A stretch of DNA of 38,362 nucleotides from Catajapyx aquilonaris (Eukaryota): assembly GCA_000934665.2 (NCBI GenBank), contig KZ538207.1:62001-100362 (forward strand), read 5' to 3'. Shown here piece by piece: positions 12,851 to 24,399 of this stretch. Made by a program: the position numbers and the translations under genes. Every line of letters begins with the position of its first letter. Within the stretch, counting starts at the first letter, position 1. The notes beneath the pieces are model-generated. The model was given only the letters and a program-made list of their open reading frames with translations, was not told the DNA's origin and did no database searches.

Positions 12851-13284
12851 AAGAGAAAAATTGGGCTCCAAAAATATCCGGTCAATGCTTTCTAAAGGCT
12901 GCATGGGGGGGCCAATGCAGGAAGACAAAAAAAGGGGTTTCCCCTCAATCGGAAGCAATAGATATCAATTTAAATTGACATTCCCCATCAAACAACTCAC
13001 ATACGACCTTGGTCATGAACGCAAAATTCCGCTTCCATGTAAATTATCAGCATACATCCGACGAAAAAATTCCGAGAAAAAAGTCACTGAACCTATTCGC
13101 CCTGAAGTGGGAAGTTTTAAATCAAACGTCTTATTGGACTTCCTTCCTCCTTTTCTTCCCCCCCCCCCTCCCCCCTCCAGACATCACAAGAACCATCGAT
13201 CACATTTTTCAACCCTGGTTTATCTGGGCCTCCTTGACCCCCCTCTGAAACAGAGAAAAAAAAAGCGTGCAAAAGGTTGCTTAC

Positions 13285-13550
13285 CTGAGTTGCTGAAACC
13301 TCCATGTCGACTATAGAGGGTAGCTGGAGCCGTCACCAGCAGTGGCCTGGGCCTCGGCATGCACGCACACATCCATTCACTGCGAAAAAGGAGAACCCCC
13401 ACCAAATGGACTTTGGTCAGGCCAAACACTCGCATTTACATGGAACACACTCGCTTAAAGTGGTTGCTTCATTGGGGTCGCTGACAGGATTGAGCTGGTG
13501 CGACTCTTTTAGTGTCGAGAGCATTTGTCGCAAGCTGGCATGGGATGTCT
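13285..13550 (-). other. Candidate exon, product unknown
   Basis: On the minus strand a polypyrimidine tract plus aacag acceptor (13551-52) and a cag|gtaagc donor (13284) bound a GC-richer 266-bp block. Every frame contains a stop. Confidence 0.3.
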
Positions 13551-14349
13551 CTGTTGGTTCGTACAAAAAAGAAACAGAAAATAAAAGTATGGTCTGATGG
13601 CTCAATTCTGCAACAATGCCCCCAAAGAAGCGCATGCAAAAATATGTTTCAATCTTTGAATTATGAATTTGGGCAGTGGACCACCCTGTTGCACACATTA
13701 AGCATCCAGTTCAATAGTTCATGACGTGTGCTTGAATTTTACACAGACTTGCGTCACTCATGTTCATGCAACATTTTATGACCCAGCAGGTGAGCATCCG
13801 TCATCAATAGCGGCACGCCACTACATTTAACACAGCACGTATCATGTGTGACCTAGAGTACCAGTACACTCGTTATTATCTAACACAGTTCATCTAGCAC
13901 GCAAGATTAGCAAGGACATATAGTGTATAGTGTTACACAGTCACGTCAAATTTTGCTGATACCTATAATCGGAACACTAATAATTTTTAGAGTCAACCAA
14001 CCCTGACAACAAATGACAGAGTTGTTGGGATTGGGTCGTTCATCACCCTAATTATTTTCATTTCAACCACTAATTTTTAATATCAAGCTTTACCGCTTTA
14101 AAATTAGACTACGCCTACATATCTTTCTCCTAATAATCGTCTGATGTTTGTCCTATCTGATAGTACCACTATCTCTCGCACGACTTGAGAGTGACAGGAG
14201 TGTGCAGAGGAAAAGTGCGCCATCTATGCGTGACGAATAATACTAAGTGGTAAATCGGAGGGTCATCTCATTAAAGTTGTTGATTGTCACAGTCATACTG
14301 ATTACAGGTTTTGCGAAATTTTGGCCACGAGTTCACTAGTCTTACATAA

Positions 14350-14546
14350 TCTTATATGCTGTATAATTATGGTAAGGCAGATGGTTTTTTTTTCTGTTTG
14401 TATGTCCGGGCTATCTAATCCGCTTCCGGACTACTGAGAGTCCTGAAACTTGGCACACCGATGACACAGATGCTGCTGATGAAAAAAAAAGTCCTAAAGC
14501 CTTACTTTTTCATATATTTTTTTCTATCTGGGACAATTCTGGCTAG
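14350..14546 (+). mobile_element. Possible short non-autonomous Helitron/Helentron-like element
   Basis: A|TC...CTAG|T boundaries, with internal ctgtttgtatgtcc and tgaaacttggcaca motifs that I associate with such elements. The subterminal hairpin is not clear. Confidence 0.35.
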
Positions 14547-15129
14547 TGACTACATCATTCCACTTCCGGATCGACCCAACAGCCATTGCCCAAAATCGCA
14601 ACTTCAGTGTCATCCCATGCAAATGTCCTTTCCCATCTTCCACCCCCTCTTTTGTTAAAAAAAAAGTCATTGTCTCTCAATTTCTCCCATTTTATTTCAC
14701 GCTCGATCTCTCCCGTGACGCCGTAAAAGTGGGGGGTCCCCCATTTTGGAGAAGGCACGAGGCCAATCCCTCCGTCATCAAACCTTTGCAAGTGCACGCG
14801 CAATTGAGTTCGCGGCCACGAGCCCCCCTCTATATATACCCAATGAAGAAACTACCAAAAAATAATAGACCACTAGTTTTTTTGAAGGGGGGGGGGGGAG
14901 GTAAGGCCCTGGGGGTACAAAGTTGCTCATGCGATTCAGCGAGCTCGTTAGGCTGACTCTACCGGAACGACCAAATGTCCTGAACCTTCGAAATATATAT
15001 TTTTTTTGAAGGGAGGTGTGTAAAGGACTGAAGTGTCGCCTTGCCCCCTACCTTTTGCTTTTCAGTAGTCTTTCGCGACGCTTCATTTAGCTGACTGCAT
15101 CCGTGGCCAGCAGGTGCAAAAATTACCAG

Positions 15130-18100
15130 ACTGTTGCACCGGATGCAAATTTATGCAGCATGCCATGTACTTTTTGCCCATGGTTGTATGTATATGGATC
15201 TACAACCATCTCGCTCACTCTACCAAATAAAAGAAAATGTGGATGTTAGGAGAATTAAATTGGGAGATGGATACGCTCACGTAACTCTGCACCTGCTTCT
15301 GGACAACAAAGTTTTTGGCCTGTTCACCTTTCGCGCTCTCAAGGGTTGGGGGGTTTGGGTGGAAGGTACGAGAGAGGGGGGGGGGGCAATTCCTTCACCT
15401 CTCTAAAATTCCAGAAATTGGGCAAGTGGAAAAAATTACACCGGAGAAAATCGGCCATTCTTCAATCGTGACAAGGAATATTTATTCTCCTTGACATGTT
15501 CATTCCGCGACATGCGCTCAAAGTCGCTTTGGCATTTTTATTTTATATCTAAGTTACATATAAAAATAAATATACTTTACCTATGGATGTTAATTGCGCT
15601 GTTTGTTATAATAGATTTGAATGTGACCTATTAGGGCTTGTTATACACATATTTAGACTCATAAAACGGTTTTATTTCCATTACGAAAATTCTGGTAAGC
15701 ACACAAATCATTCTGTTGTTACACCATAAGCAATATATATTTTTTTTCACAAGTGCAAAAAAATGTTGGATAAAAAAATTGTAGGGTTTTAACAAAAGCC
15801 ATTCTCGCCAACAATACAACTACTAATGAGTCAACAACACACTTATTCTGACAATGAGAGTACAAGCTGCATTTGTGAGAGTAATGTCATGCTGATGGTT
15901 ATGTATATGAAAATGTTAGTTGAGGGTATAAGAATATTAATTTTTTCTTCGGGCTATTTTGAGATAAGCAATAAAAATGTGCAATGATGATAAGGCATAC
16001 ATGTAGTGGCTCATTCATCCTAAATTTAAACTAGAATTTGTCAAAGGGGAACTAAATCAATTGATACAGATCACTTCCCTTCCAATATTGATTATTGATG
16101 TTAATTCACAGCCATTAGCCACTTCAATTTTACATCTATATTTATTGGCAAATTAAAATTTTCGACGTTATCATCGCAGATGGAAATGGATGCATGCAGA
16201 GAGCACCCCCTACATATCGCATGATACCGAGCAATTAACGCCCGCAATTTTCATTAACGAAGAGTGAAATATGCAAATCAAAGTTGCCAACAGACTAGTT
16301 AATGCCAGAGTTTTTTTTTTATCTCGAGTCTCAAATCCGTGCCATGTATGTGCCATCTGTCTTAACTGTAAGTGACAAATTGTGTGTATTCATTTCCCGT
16401 TTATACAATGTTGTTTTTACTGCCAAGTAGTTGTCACATTCGCATAGTAATGCATTGCATTCAATCTCCTTTCATGCTTGGGAAAATGGCAGTGCATGTG
16501 CAACTCGAGTGCAAGGTACGCAAATAGTCACCCTTAAGATTTATATCGCGATAAAAAGCAGGCCCATAAAAAAAAGGCAGCAAAACCATCAGAGTCACGC
16601 CGAAAATTCCGAGGTCGTGAAATATACCGGGGCCGATTAATTTACTGCAAAGCGGGAAAACTTGACAAAACCTGGCTTTAAATCCGTCACGAAATGGGTA
16701 TTATTTCTGGAACGAAGGACAATCCTACGAAAAACATATTTATATCAAACTCACGTTATGGTAAGCACACAATCCCCAGCAGTCTGTCCAAGATTATCGT
16801 ATCGGATAAGTTAATTAGAGCCGATATTGGACCGGGGGGGGGGACAATCCTTAATCCCATGTTTGCAGTCGGGTTTTTGGACATTTTGAGCGATGGAATC
16901 CACACAAAATATCGAGGATACACGGAAAGCTTCGCGTATAGGCCTATAATTTCTGGGAATGGGCCATTTTCCTGCAAAATTTCGGGCACACAGCCCCCTT
17001 CGGTAAGCTACAAGAATACATCAATACTGAGCACTAAGCACGAAAATAATTAATTGGTAGTGAATATTGAGCGAAAATTACATATTTGAGATCAGCACTT
17101 CCAACATTGCACGTACGTTTATCGACGGGATCAGAAATTGAGTAATTTCATGCCAATTTAATTTCATGCCATAAACATAGCGCAGAGAGGCATCAACAAA
17201 TAGCAAGTTGATTTATTCGAAATTCATTCTATCAATGTTCAACTATTGTGGAAAAAAATTAGGCCGGACAGAGCATATCTTTATCCTCTGAAAAAATAAT
17301 ATAGTCGAATCTAGATATAACAGCCTCGGTTATAACATACTTTTTACGCGGTCCCTTGAAGTCTGTTATATCCCGATTCAACTGTACATACCGGTAATAT
17401 GATAAATAAAAATGAAAATATAGATTGTAATACTATAATATTACATAATATAAAAATAATAATACAGTATTTCGAACAATTTATTGGCCCCCATCCTCTA
17501 TTGGACTGCTGGATGGATGGATGGACCTTTGAACTGTTGGGCGAAACACCGTCACACTTGTCCAATACCTGAACCAATCCAAGTGCGGTATTCATGTTTA
17601 GAAATGGCTAAAGATATGTACTTTGATTTCTCTATATAGTGTTGAGGCATATCCAGTGAAATTAATTTGCAAAAATATATATACATATACATGTTGGTAC
17701 TGAATTGTCGCAATTTAGGTGTGAATTGATTGCCTGCTTCATAACCATGCACATTGAGTGATGACACCACAAATTATTTATTGGGCCACACGGAGCGTAT
17801 TCGGAGCGAAGTAGAAAAAAAAACCTTGAAGTGCCTACCATCCAAAAACTTTTCTACGCCGCATTCCACGGTTGGGAAAAGGGGAATTAGAGCGAACCCC
17901 CCCCCCCCCCATTCCCTCCCCTCCTTCCACCACACCACTCTTTTGTCCAGTGACTGCTTTTGCCGGCCTATGCTGCGACACGTTGTGAGAATTCATCAGC
18001 TTCACGTCAAACCCTGCTTCTCCTTATTCGGGCCATGCTTTTGGCTCAGGGAAAAAGGTGGGCCACGGAATGGAATTTCTTGCCTCTTTTTCAAAACCGC

Positions 18101-18300
18101 CCTCACTCCCTCTCCCCATCCTGACGGGTAAAGGAGGATTGGTCCTGTTCAATAGGATTGAGTCCACAAATCCCCGTGTCCTCCGCCTCACAATTTGTGG
18201 CCTCATTAGTCACATAAGTTGTGGCCACTTGGCCCAAAGGTGTCAAGTATCTGCCTGCTGCAGGCCGAGAATTTTCCAACGAAAAAGTTACGTATACGGT
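15130..18300 (+). pseudogene. Degenerate LIV-1/ZIP (SLC39A7/13-like) zinc transporter
   Basis: LGDG...LHLL (15260-15298; cf. LGD.FLHL.P). AVGFLDILSDGIH (16865-16903; cf. GYLNL.AD..HNF.DG). AIFLQNFGH..FG|gtaagc with donor at 17003 (cf. AILLHEIPHE.G). After acceptor 17950: D.FA..LR...LFGPCF, then PILTGKGGL (cf. ILPFT.GGF). Confidence 0.4.
17302..17384. mobile_element. Mini Tigger/pogo-type MITE
   Basis: TA|tagtcgaatctagatataacag ... ctgttatatcccgattcaactg|TA, with imperfect ~22 bp TIRs. The internal gtcccttgaag is shared with the element at 29816. Confidence 0.75.
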
Positions 18301-19024
18301 AAGTTACGTAAGGATGTACCGGTACTCATCAGACGTCACTTCAACGTAGGCTCATGCTATGATTTACAAGTGAATTGTAATGAGAGCAGAATAAATTAGG
18401 ATGAAAGGTGGGAAGAAATTGTAACATTTTACTTCAATGACGAAGGACTTCCTATACGAAAGAGCAGAAAGATTTTATCACAGTAGGCCTATATTTAATA
18501 AGAATAATCTGGATAATATATTATATATATAATATATATATCCTTTGAGTGAGATTTTCAATAAAAAAATGTAGGTGAATATTTTCTTAATACTTGCATA
18601 TACTTTACAAATAATGGGCAATATTGTGTTTCTGAATCATAAATTTTTATATCCGTTTTTAGGATTAACAGGAAAGGAATTGAATGGAAAAATTATGCGA
18701 ACCATTTCAATGGGTAATTACAGATGAAATATTGCATAACAACGATAGGTAGAACGCGTAAAACTCAATGTACGTGTACCGATAAGCTGTTAATGTTTCG
18801 CAGTAATCCAGAGTAATAAATAAATCCGTGTCACCATCCGCGATTTGTTGCGACATTTCATCGTGCAGAAAATCCTGAAGTCATATCTGCATTATACATT
18901 GTAATTAGCTCACCTGAGCTCATCGAGACCTAATCAGAATCAGTTACACAACAAAGCCTATTTTTATATTTTTACTTATCTCGTAGATCTATGTATGATA
19001 GTTTCTTTTTCATGAACAGCTTCC

Positions 19025-19081
19025 TGGCCAATTAACAAGAAATTTTTGTAATAATTATAAAAATTTCTGGTTAATTGGCCA
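19025..19081. repeat. 57-bp near-perfect palindrome
   Basis: tggccaattaacaagaaatttttgtaat / attataaaaatttctggttaattggcca; two mismatches and essentially no spacer. Confidence 0.85.
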
Positions 19082-19190
19082 AGGCCTTAAAGTGCGTTTT
19101 ATTGTGCACCGTTTTCTATTATAATTCGGTCCATCCTGCATTATCATATAAATTCTAAAATAATTATTGAATAAGTTAATGAGGAAACAT

Positions 19191-19281
19191 TGGGTGGAAT
19201 TTTCGTCGCACTACTAGTTACTCTTAACTTAGCAGTACCATTGCATTACACTAACTAGTAGTACGACGAAAATTCCACCCA
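19191..19281. repeat. Inverted repeat with 30-bp arms and 31-bp spacer (MITE-like)
   Basis: tgggtggaattttcgtcgcactactagtta (19191-19220) versus taactagtagtacgacgaaaattccaccca (19252-19281); one mismatch. Confidence 0.85.
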
Positions 19282-19868
19282 TATTTTCTAATGTTCTGAG
19301 ACGCAGCACCCCATCACACACGTATATAGGAATGAAAGTTAGATAACTCAAAATCCTACATGTTTGATTAAAAAACAGAAAAAGGTTCGCCTTTACGTAA
19401 TAAATCCTACATTTATATCCCACGCTAGCAAAATACCCCGTGGCTATAATACACCCACATTACCACGATATAGAACTTGGCCTTGTATTCATAATACCCG
19501 GATACCACCAAAAATAGAAAAAAATCCCGAAAATTTTTTCTCTCCACCCAACAAATCTGTCACATGCGTAGGTGTATCGGATCGCCCTCTTTTATATTAG
19601 ATTGCCCTTAGCACCCACACGTCACCTTTTTTTTTTCCTTCGTTATTTTAGAAACTCCATTTGCAACGGCAACCTTCAGGTGAGGCAAAAATCCACACGC
19701 CATTTAACCATAATTACCTAACAACCTCCTTTTCGGCCCTCCTACCAAAGTACCGTACACTTCCGCCCCACATACCAACATTTTCACTAGAATTAGCACA
19801 CATTCCTTCTTGCACTTAGCACGGCTATTTTTGCAATAGTCGGCCGCTATAATTATTAATAATTGAGA

Positions 19869-20131
19869 CCACTTTTGATTATAGCCCCAGTATAATGAAG
19901 AGCTTCAATGAAAATATAGCATGTACATTTATGCATATATTATAATAATGCATCAAAATGCATTATAAAATGCACTTCAGCATATAACGTCATTTAGTGT
20001 CACCACTTTGATTAGCACAGTAATGAAGAGTTTCAATTAGAAAGAAGTATGTACGTTTATGCACTTAAATAAAATAATGCACCAAGATGCATAATAAAAT
20101 GTATTTCAGTACATAATGTCATTTAGTGTCA
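19869..20131. repeat. Diverged tandem duplication, two units of ~130 bp
   Basis: Both units (19869-20002 and 20003-20131) begin ccactt(t)tgatta, contain taatgaagag and atgtac.tttatgca, and end gtcatttagtgtca. Confidence 0.85.
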
Positions 20132-21077
20132 TACAATACATACAAAATTTTATTCATATAAGAGTGCATAATAATGCTGATAATAATTGCAGTTATAGTG
20201 TACTTGCACAGTTACAACAATTATTCTTAACACCTGCAACGCACTGTCGCGCCCAATTAAATTATTCAACACTCTCACATGTTGTGCAGAAAATGCGTGA
20301 ATTTTTTTCCCCTTCCCAGTTCCCACTTCACTTTTGACGTTTTTGGGAAAAAAATAAATAAGCAAAACTTTGTTGTGAAACAAGCGTAACCCACCCTCAA
20401 GCATTTACAGGGATGGCTGATCATGGCTAAGGGGGCAGAGATGTTGGAAGACACGGAAAACGCCCTCGCACTTTAAGCTAAGGAGGCAGAAACAAATTTG
20501 ACATACTCTGGCCATCGCCCTACTTAATTAGCTATCAAGGGTGCTAAAAGTACTCAACACACTCGTGTTAACTTAACACCGCTTAATGTGCAGCACGAGA
20601 CGGCTATAAAGAACAAGAAAGGAAATCAAGACATTGTTGAGCTCATTTCCGCTCTGGTGACCTTTACAAAAATGGCCTTTCAATATGTGAAGATCTAAAA
20701 TTTCAACGGGATGGGGGGGGGGGGGGGANGGGACTAGAAGATTCTGGGTCTTGTAAAAAGAAGTTTTACGCTTGCCTTGCCCCGGTGATGCGCGCATTAT
20801 TATTATTTCGGCAGGCAGCCACGTAGAAATCCTCTCAGCTCAACCGGAATGAATCAAAATGGATGGTAAAATTTTTGTCCTTTTTTTGCCACTTCTTGTC
20901 TCGTGCTGCGGACGTGTGCGGGACAAAGGAGGCCCAACCCTCCCTGGTTCTTATCGTCGCGTCCGATCTGCTGCAACTGTGCATGCTAACATAAGTCACT
21001 TCGCAGCTAAACCGCAATGAAGGAGTCAATTACTGAGGTGTTCGGGGGGTCAGAATATGCTGGAAAAACAGGAAGTA

Positions 21078-21425
21078 CAGTCACTTCCAGGAGTAAGGTA
21101 GCAGACCTGAAGCTTCAAATAGCCTGCAAAAGAGGAGTTCTTCATTGTTCCTCAAGCGGCTGACAGGCCTAGCTCCATGTGATCCTGTCGATGCCTCTCT
21201 TGGAAGTGACTTCCAGGAGTAAGGTAGCAGATCCGAACTCCTGAAGGTCAAAATAGCATCCAAGGGAGGCGCTCTTCCCTCTTCCTCACTAGTGGGCCCT
21301 CACGAGGCCGACAGGAACACATAGAGCTAGGCCTAGCTAGGCCTAGCACCATGTGATCCTGCCGGCGCCTCTCTTGGTGGCTATTTTGAGCTTCAGGTCA
21401 GCTACCTTACTCCTGGAAATGACTG
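21078..21425. mobile_element. Composite foldback MITE with TA TSD and a duplicated left arm
   Basis: TA|cagtcacttccaggagtaaggtagcagacctgaagc...gcttcaggtcagctaccttactcctggaaatgactg|TA. A second copy of the left arm starts at ~21206. The central palindrome surrounds gctaggcctagctaggcctagc (~21326-21347). Confidence 0.85.
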
Positions 21426-21535
21426 TACATAGTGTCCAAAGGATACAGCAGAAATCAAAATTATACTGCTCAATAAATTATTGAGATTATAAGTTTTAAG
21501 TCACAAAGAGGAAATTGTTGTAAGTGGACGGTTAG

Positions 21536-22086
21536 TTACAAAGTTAGCAACAAATCAATGGGTGTGGTCGTCGAAACGGCCGTGACGGTTTCCGAGGACA
21601 GATCAATCAGAATGCTTTGCTGACAGGGCTGCTGAATATTCACTTCAAACCGGCGCCAACTGCTCCCAGGGTTGTCGACACTCTCATCTGCCGCCAGCGG
21701 ATGTTTTGAAAGCAGCTTGTTGCGCAATTTAGGTTGAATAAATAACACAGATGCAGTGAATAAATATGACGTGTAAAATGCAGAAATAAATGGAAAGTGA
21801 TTTTTAAGACAATCCCAACCTCAAGTCAGGACTTACCAAGATGGCACCCCTATGAGCTTCATTGTCTTCTTCCTCCGCCTTCATGCTCTCCAAATGTTTC
21901 ATTTGCTTCAAGACAGACAACAGTTCTTCATATGCAGTCCTCATGTTCAAAACGACGCAAGTGGGGCCCTTTTTTCGGGCAGGAAAATTCAGGGGGTGGG
22001 TGAGTGGTATAGTCCGACTCACGATTTCTTCAGTCGGCTTGACGTCGTTTCGTGCAAATTGGAGCCCAGATTAGCCCCGATATTGC
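21536..22086 (-). other. Two candidate terminal exons (22086-21837 and 21715-21536), possibly the 3' end of the RTK-like gene
   Basis: Open frame ...RTAYEELLSVLKQMKHLESMKAEEEDNEAHRGAIL ends at a ttg|gtaagt donor (21836). A phase-0 aag acceptor continues LLSKHPLAADE...IDLLLTL* to a stop at 21536. Linkage to the kinase exons is inference. Confidence 0.35.
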
Positions 22087-23946
22087 CTGCGGTGAAGTTA
22101 TTAATGCCTTAGTGCGCACAAAGTTCGTCAATCGCCCTACCCCTTATACCCCCCCTAAGGAAGACAACAAAAAAAAAGTAACCAAAAATTCATGGGCAGT
22201 GTAAAATCCCTGGAGGCACAATAAAAACGCTCTATTTTCTTTTATGGTTCGCAGAGGTGCCTCTTGTTCTGCTCCATTACAACAACCCCTTTATTATCTA
22301 TCCTTCTTTTCCTTCGAAAAGTCAGTGGAGAAGGTTTGAGGGAAAACTGATAAAGTGAAGCCCGAGAAAATCAGGTGGGAGGTCGAAACGTGAGCGGGCA
22401 CCGAGTGACCAGATTAAGAAGAGAGAAGGTCCCCCTCTACTTCAAAAATGGCCTCCCTGGTTCGATTAGGAATATCTTGAGGAGCGGTGCATTGTTAGGC
22501 TTTTGTGAGGGTGAGAGAGGAAGAATAGGATCCGAAAAGGCCCAGAGTTGGATAAAAGAGGGCGTTTATGACTCGACATGTCCATCTGGCCAGTTTCTGT
22601 TTCCCACGGGGCATGCACAGGGTGTGTTCCTTTTTGGTCTCCTGTCGAGTGGCCAGTGTCCAGTGCCGGCCATTTTGAGCCTAACGGGGATTTGGACTCA
22701 GCTAAAATGGTGGTGTCAATAATGGCGATGAACTAAACCCACCCCACAGTATAGGGCTTGTAAACAAGTGGAACAGTCTACTCAAAAATGATGGGCATTC
22801 CTTTCCGAAAACAACCTCATTCCTGAGCCCCAGTTTTATGAGGCGTTTACTATAGTTACAGAAATTGGATGCTAACAGATTTCTTCTAGTTAAGGTTGGT
22901 CACAAAATTAAAGCTTAATATTTGTGAGTTTTGTTGCTACCCAATGTTTGTATAACCAAACCAGTGCAGGTAACCACTGAAAAACCTTGCTACTCAGCAG
23001 TATAGAAAAAAAAAATTCAGTCTAGACTCCAGCATTCTAATATTAAACCGTAGTTTGTCTCGTCTCATATCCACAGTACAGTGGCTTTTTTCAAAACATA
23101 AATATTACATCCCCCACCAACCTCCCTTCAAGTATAATCGGTGCAAACCGGTCTAAAAATTCTCACCTAATCTCGTCCCTGGTAGCAGCCAAAGTTTCAA
23201 TTTGGATCGCAAGTAACCATTATTAACACCCAAAGCTGGCATTAATAGACAGTCCTAAAAGTGTATCTAGCTCCACTTATAAACCACAGTAGCCCAAATT
23301 GGTGCTTTTCCGATTATTTCCGTACTGCAGCAGGGCCCAAAAGGTCAGCAGGGCAGTAATTAGTTGGTGCAACCTGGCAGAAAATAAACGGCCTTCTAGG
23401 ATTATTTTATCGGCACCTTTTTATCCCCCTTGCACACAAAAAGGTCAATAATAGTCTATCGGTTTACGAGAGGGTAATGAAGAGATTTCATTAGCATCCC
23501 AGAAGGGAATCTAATCAAGGCCTCATGTGCCCACGCACTGGGGCTAATTTTGTGACCCTGATGGTCGGAAATCACATTTTGCGTGGTCAGGTCCCATCGA
23601 ATTAGTTGGGGGGTTTGCTGACTAAGAAATAAATATAAATAAAGGCTGACCCTTCCGTGACGTGGTTATGTCCAAAACGGGTGCAATTACGAGTCAGTAT
23701 GACTCCCGCATTTTTCGCCTACAAGATTGTAAAGAGGCATGTCTTATTTTTGATCTTGACAACGTCATCGGAAGGATCTTAAATTTCGGAGTAACCACAG
23801 TGCCCGAGGTGGTCATTACTCTGGAAGATTAAAGTTTGTGTGTAAAGTTCAAGAAAGACATTTCCTGCACGTCAAGCTTAAGCTGGCTCAATTTGCGCCA
23901 ATTGGAACTGAGACTGTCAAAATTTGCTACGTAATGTGCACAACTA

Positions 23947-24399
23947 CAGTGGAGCATCGATTATCCGAACACCGATCAACCGAACCATCGGTTAACCGAA
24001 CGTTTTCGGGTCGGTAAAAAACCAAAAAAACAACCGAAAACCTTTAAAAAAACCGCCTTCCCCCCCCCCCCCTAAACTGCAGGACTACTTCATGTAAGGA
24101 CAGTAAGGTACTATATCGCTCAAAAAGATAGAGACGATTGGCATTTGATTCAAGTGCAAGTTGCACTTGAGTCAAATGCAAAATCGTCTCTATCTTTTTG
24201 GGCGATATAGTACATGTACAGTATTTTTAAGACGTGCCTGTGACAGAAAATATACAGTTTTGTGGTTAATATCACTGTTTCTTAGTTTCATATTGCTCCT
24301 ATGACACCGATTTTCCCCCGTAAATGATCGGTTATCAGAACAATCAGTTATCCGAACACCCCCTTGGCAGACTCTGTTTGGATAATCGATGCTCCACTG
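23947..24399. mobile_element. Tigger/pogo-type MITE with 25-bp TIRs and TA TSD
   Basis: TA|cagtggagcatcgattatccgaaca ... tgtttggataatcgatgctccactg|TA (one mismatch), with subterminal repeats of the tcggttatccgaac type. Confidence 0.9.
24111..24210. mobile_element. 100-bp hairpin element nested in the Tigger-like MITE
   Basis: TA|ctatatcgctcaaaaagatagagacgattggcatttgattcaagtgcaa-g-ttgcacttgagtcaaatgcaaaatcgtctctatctttttgggcgatatag|TA. Arms are ~49-50 bp with about 4 differences and a 1-nt loop. Confidence 0.9.

Noticed and set aside
20400..21050. GC-richer exon-like patches
   Set aside because: I could not assign a family motif or a consistent pair of splice sites.
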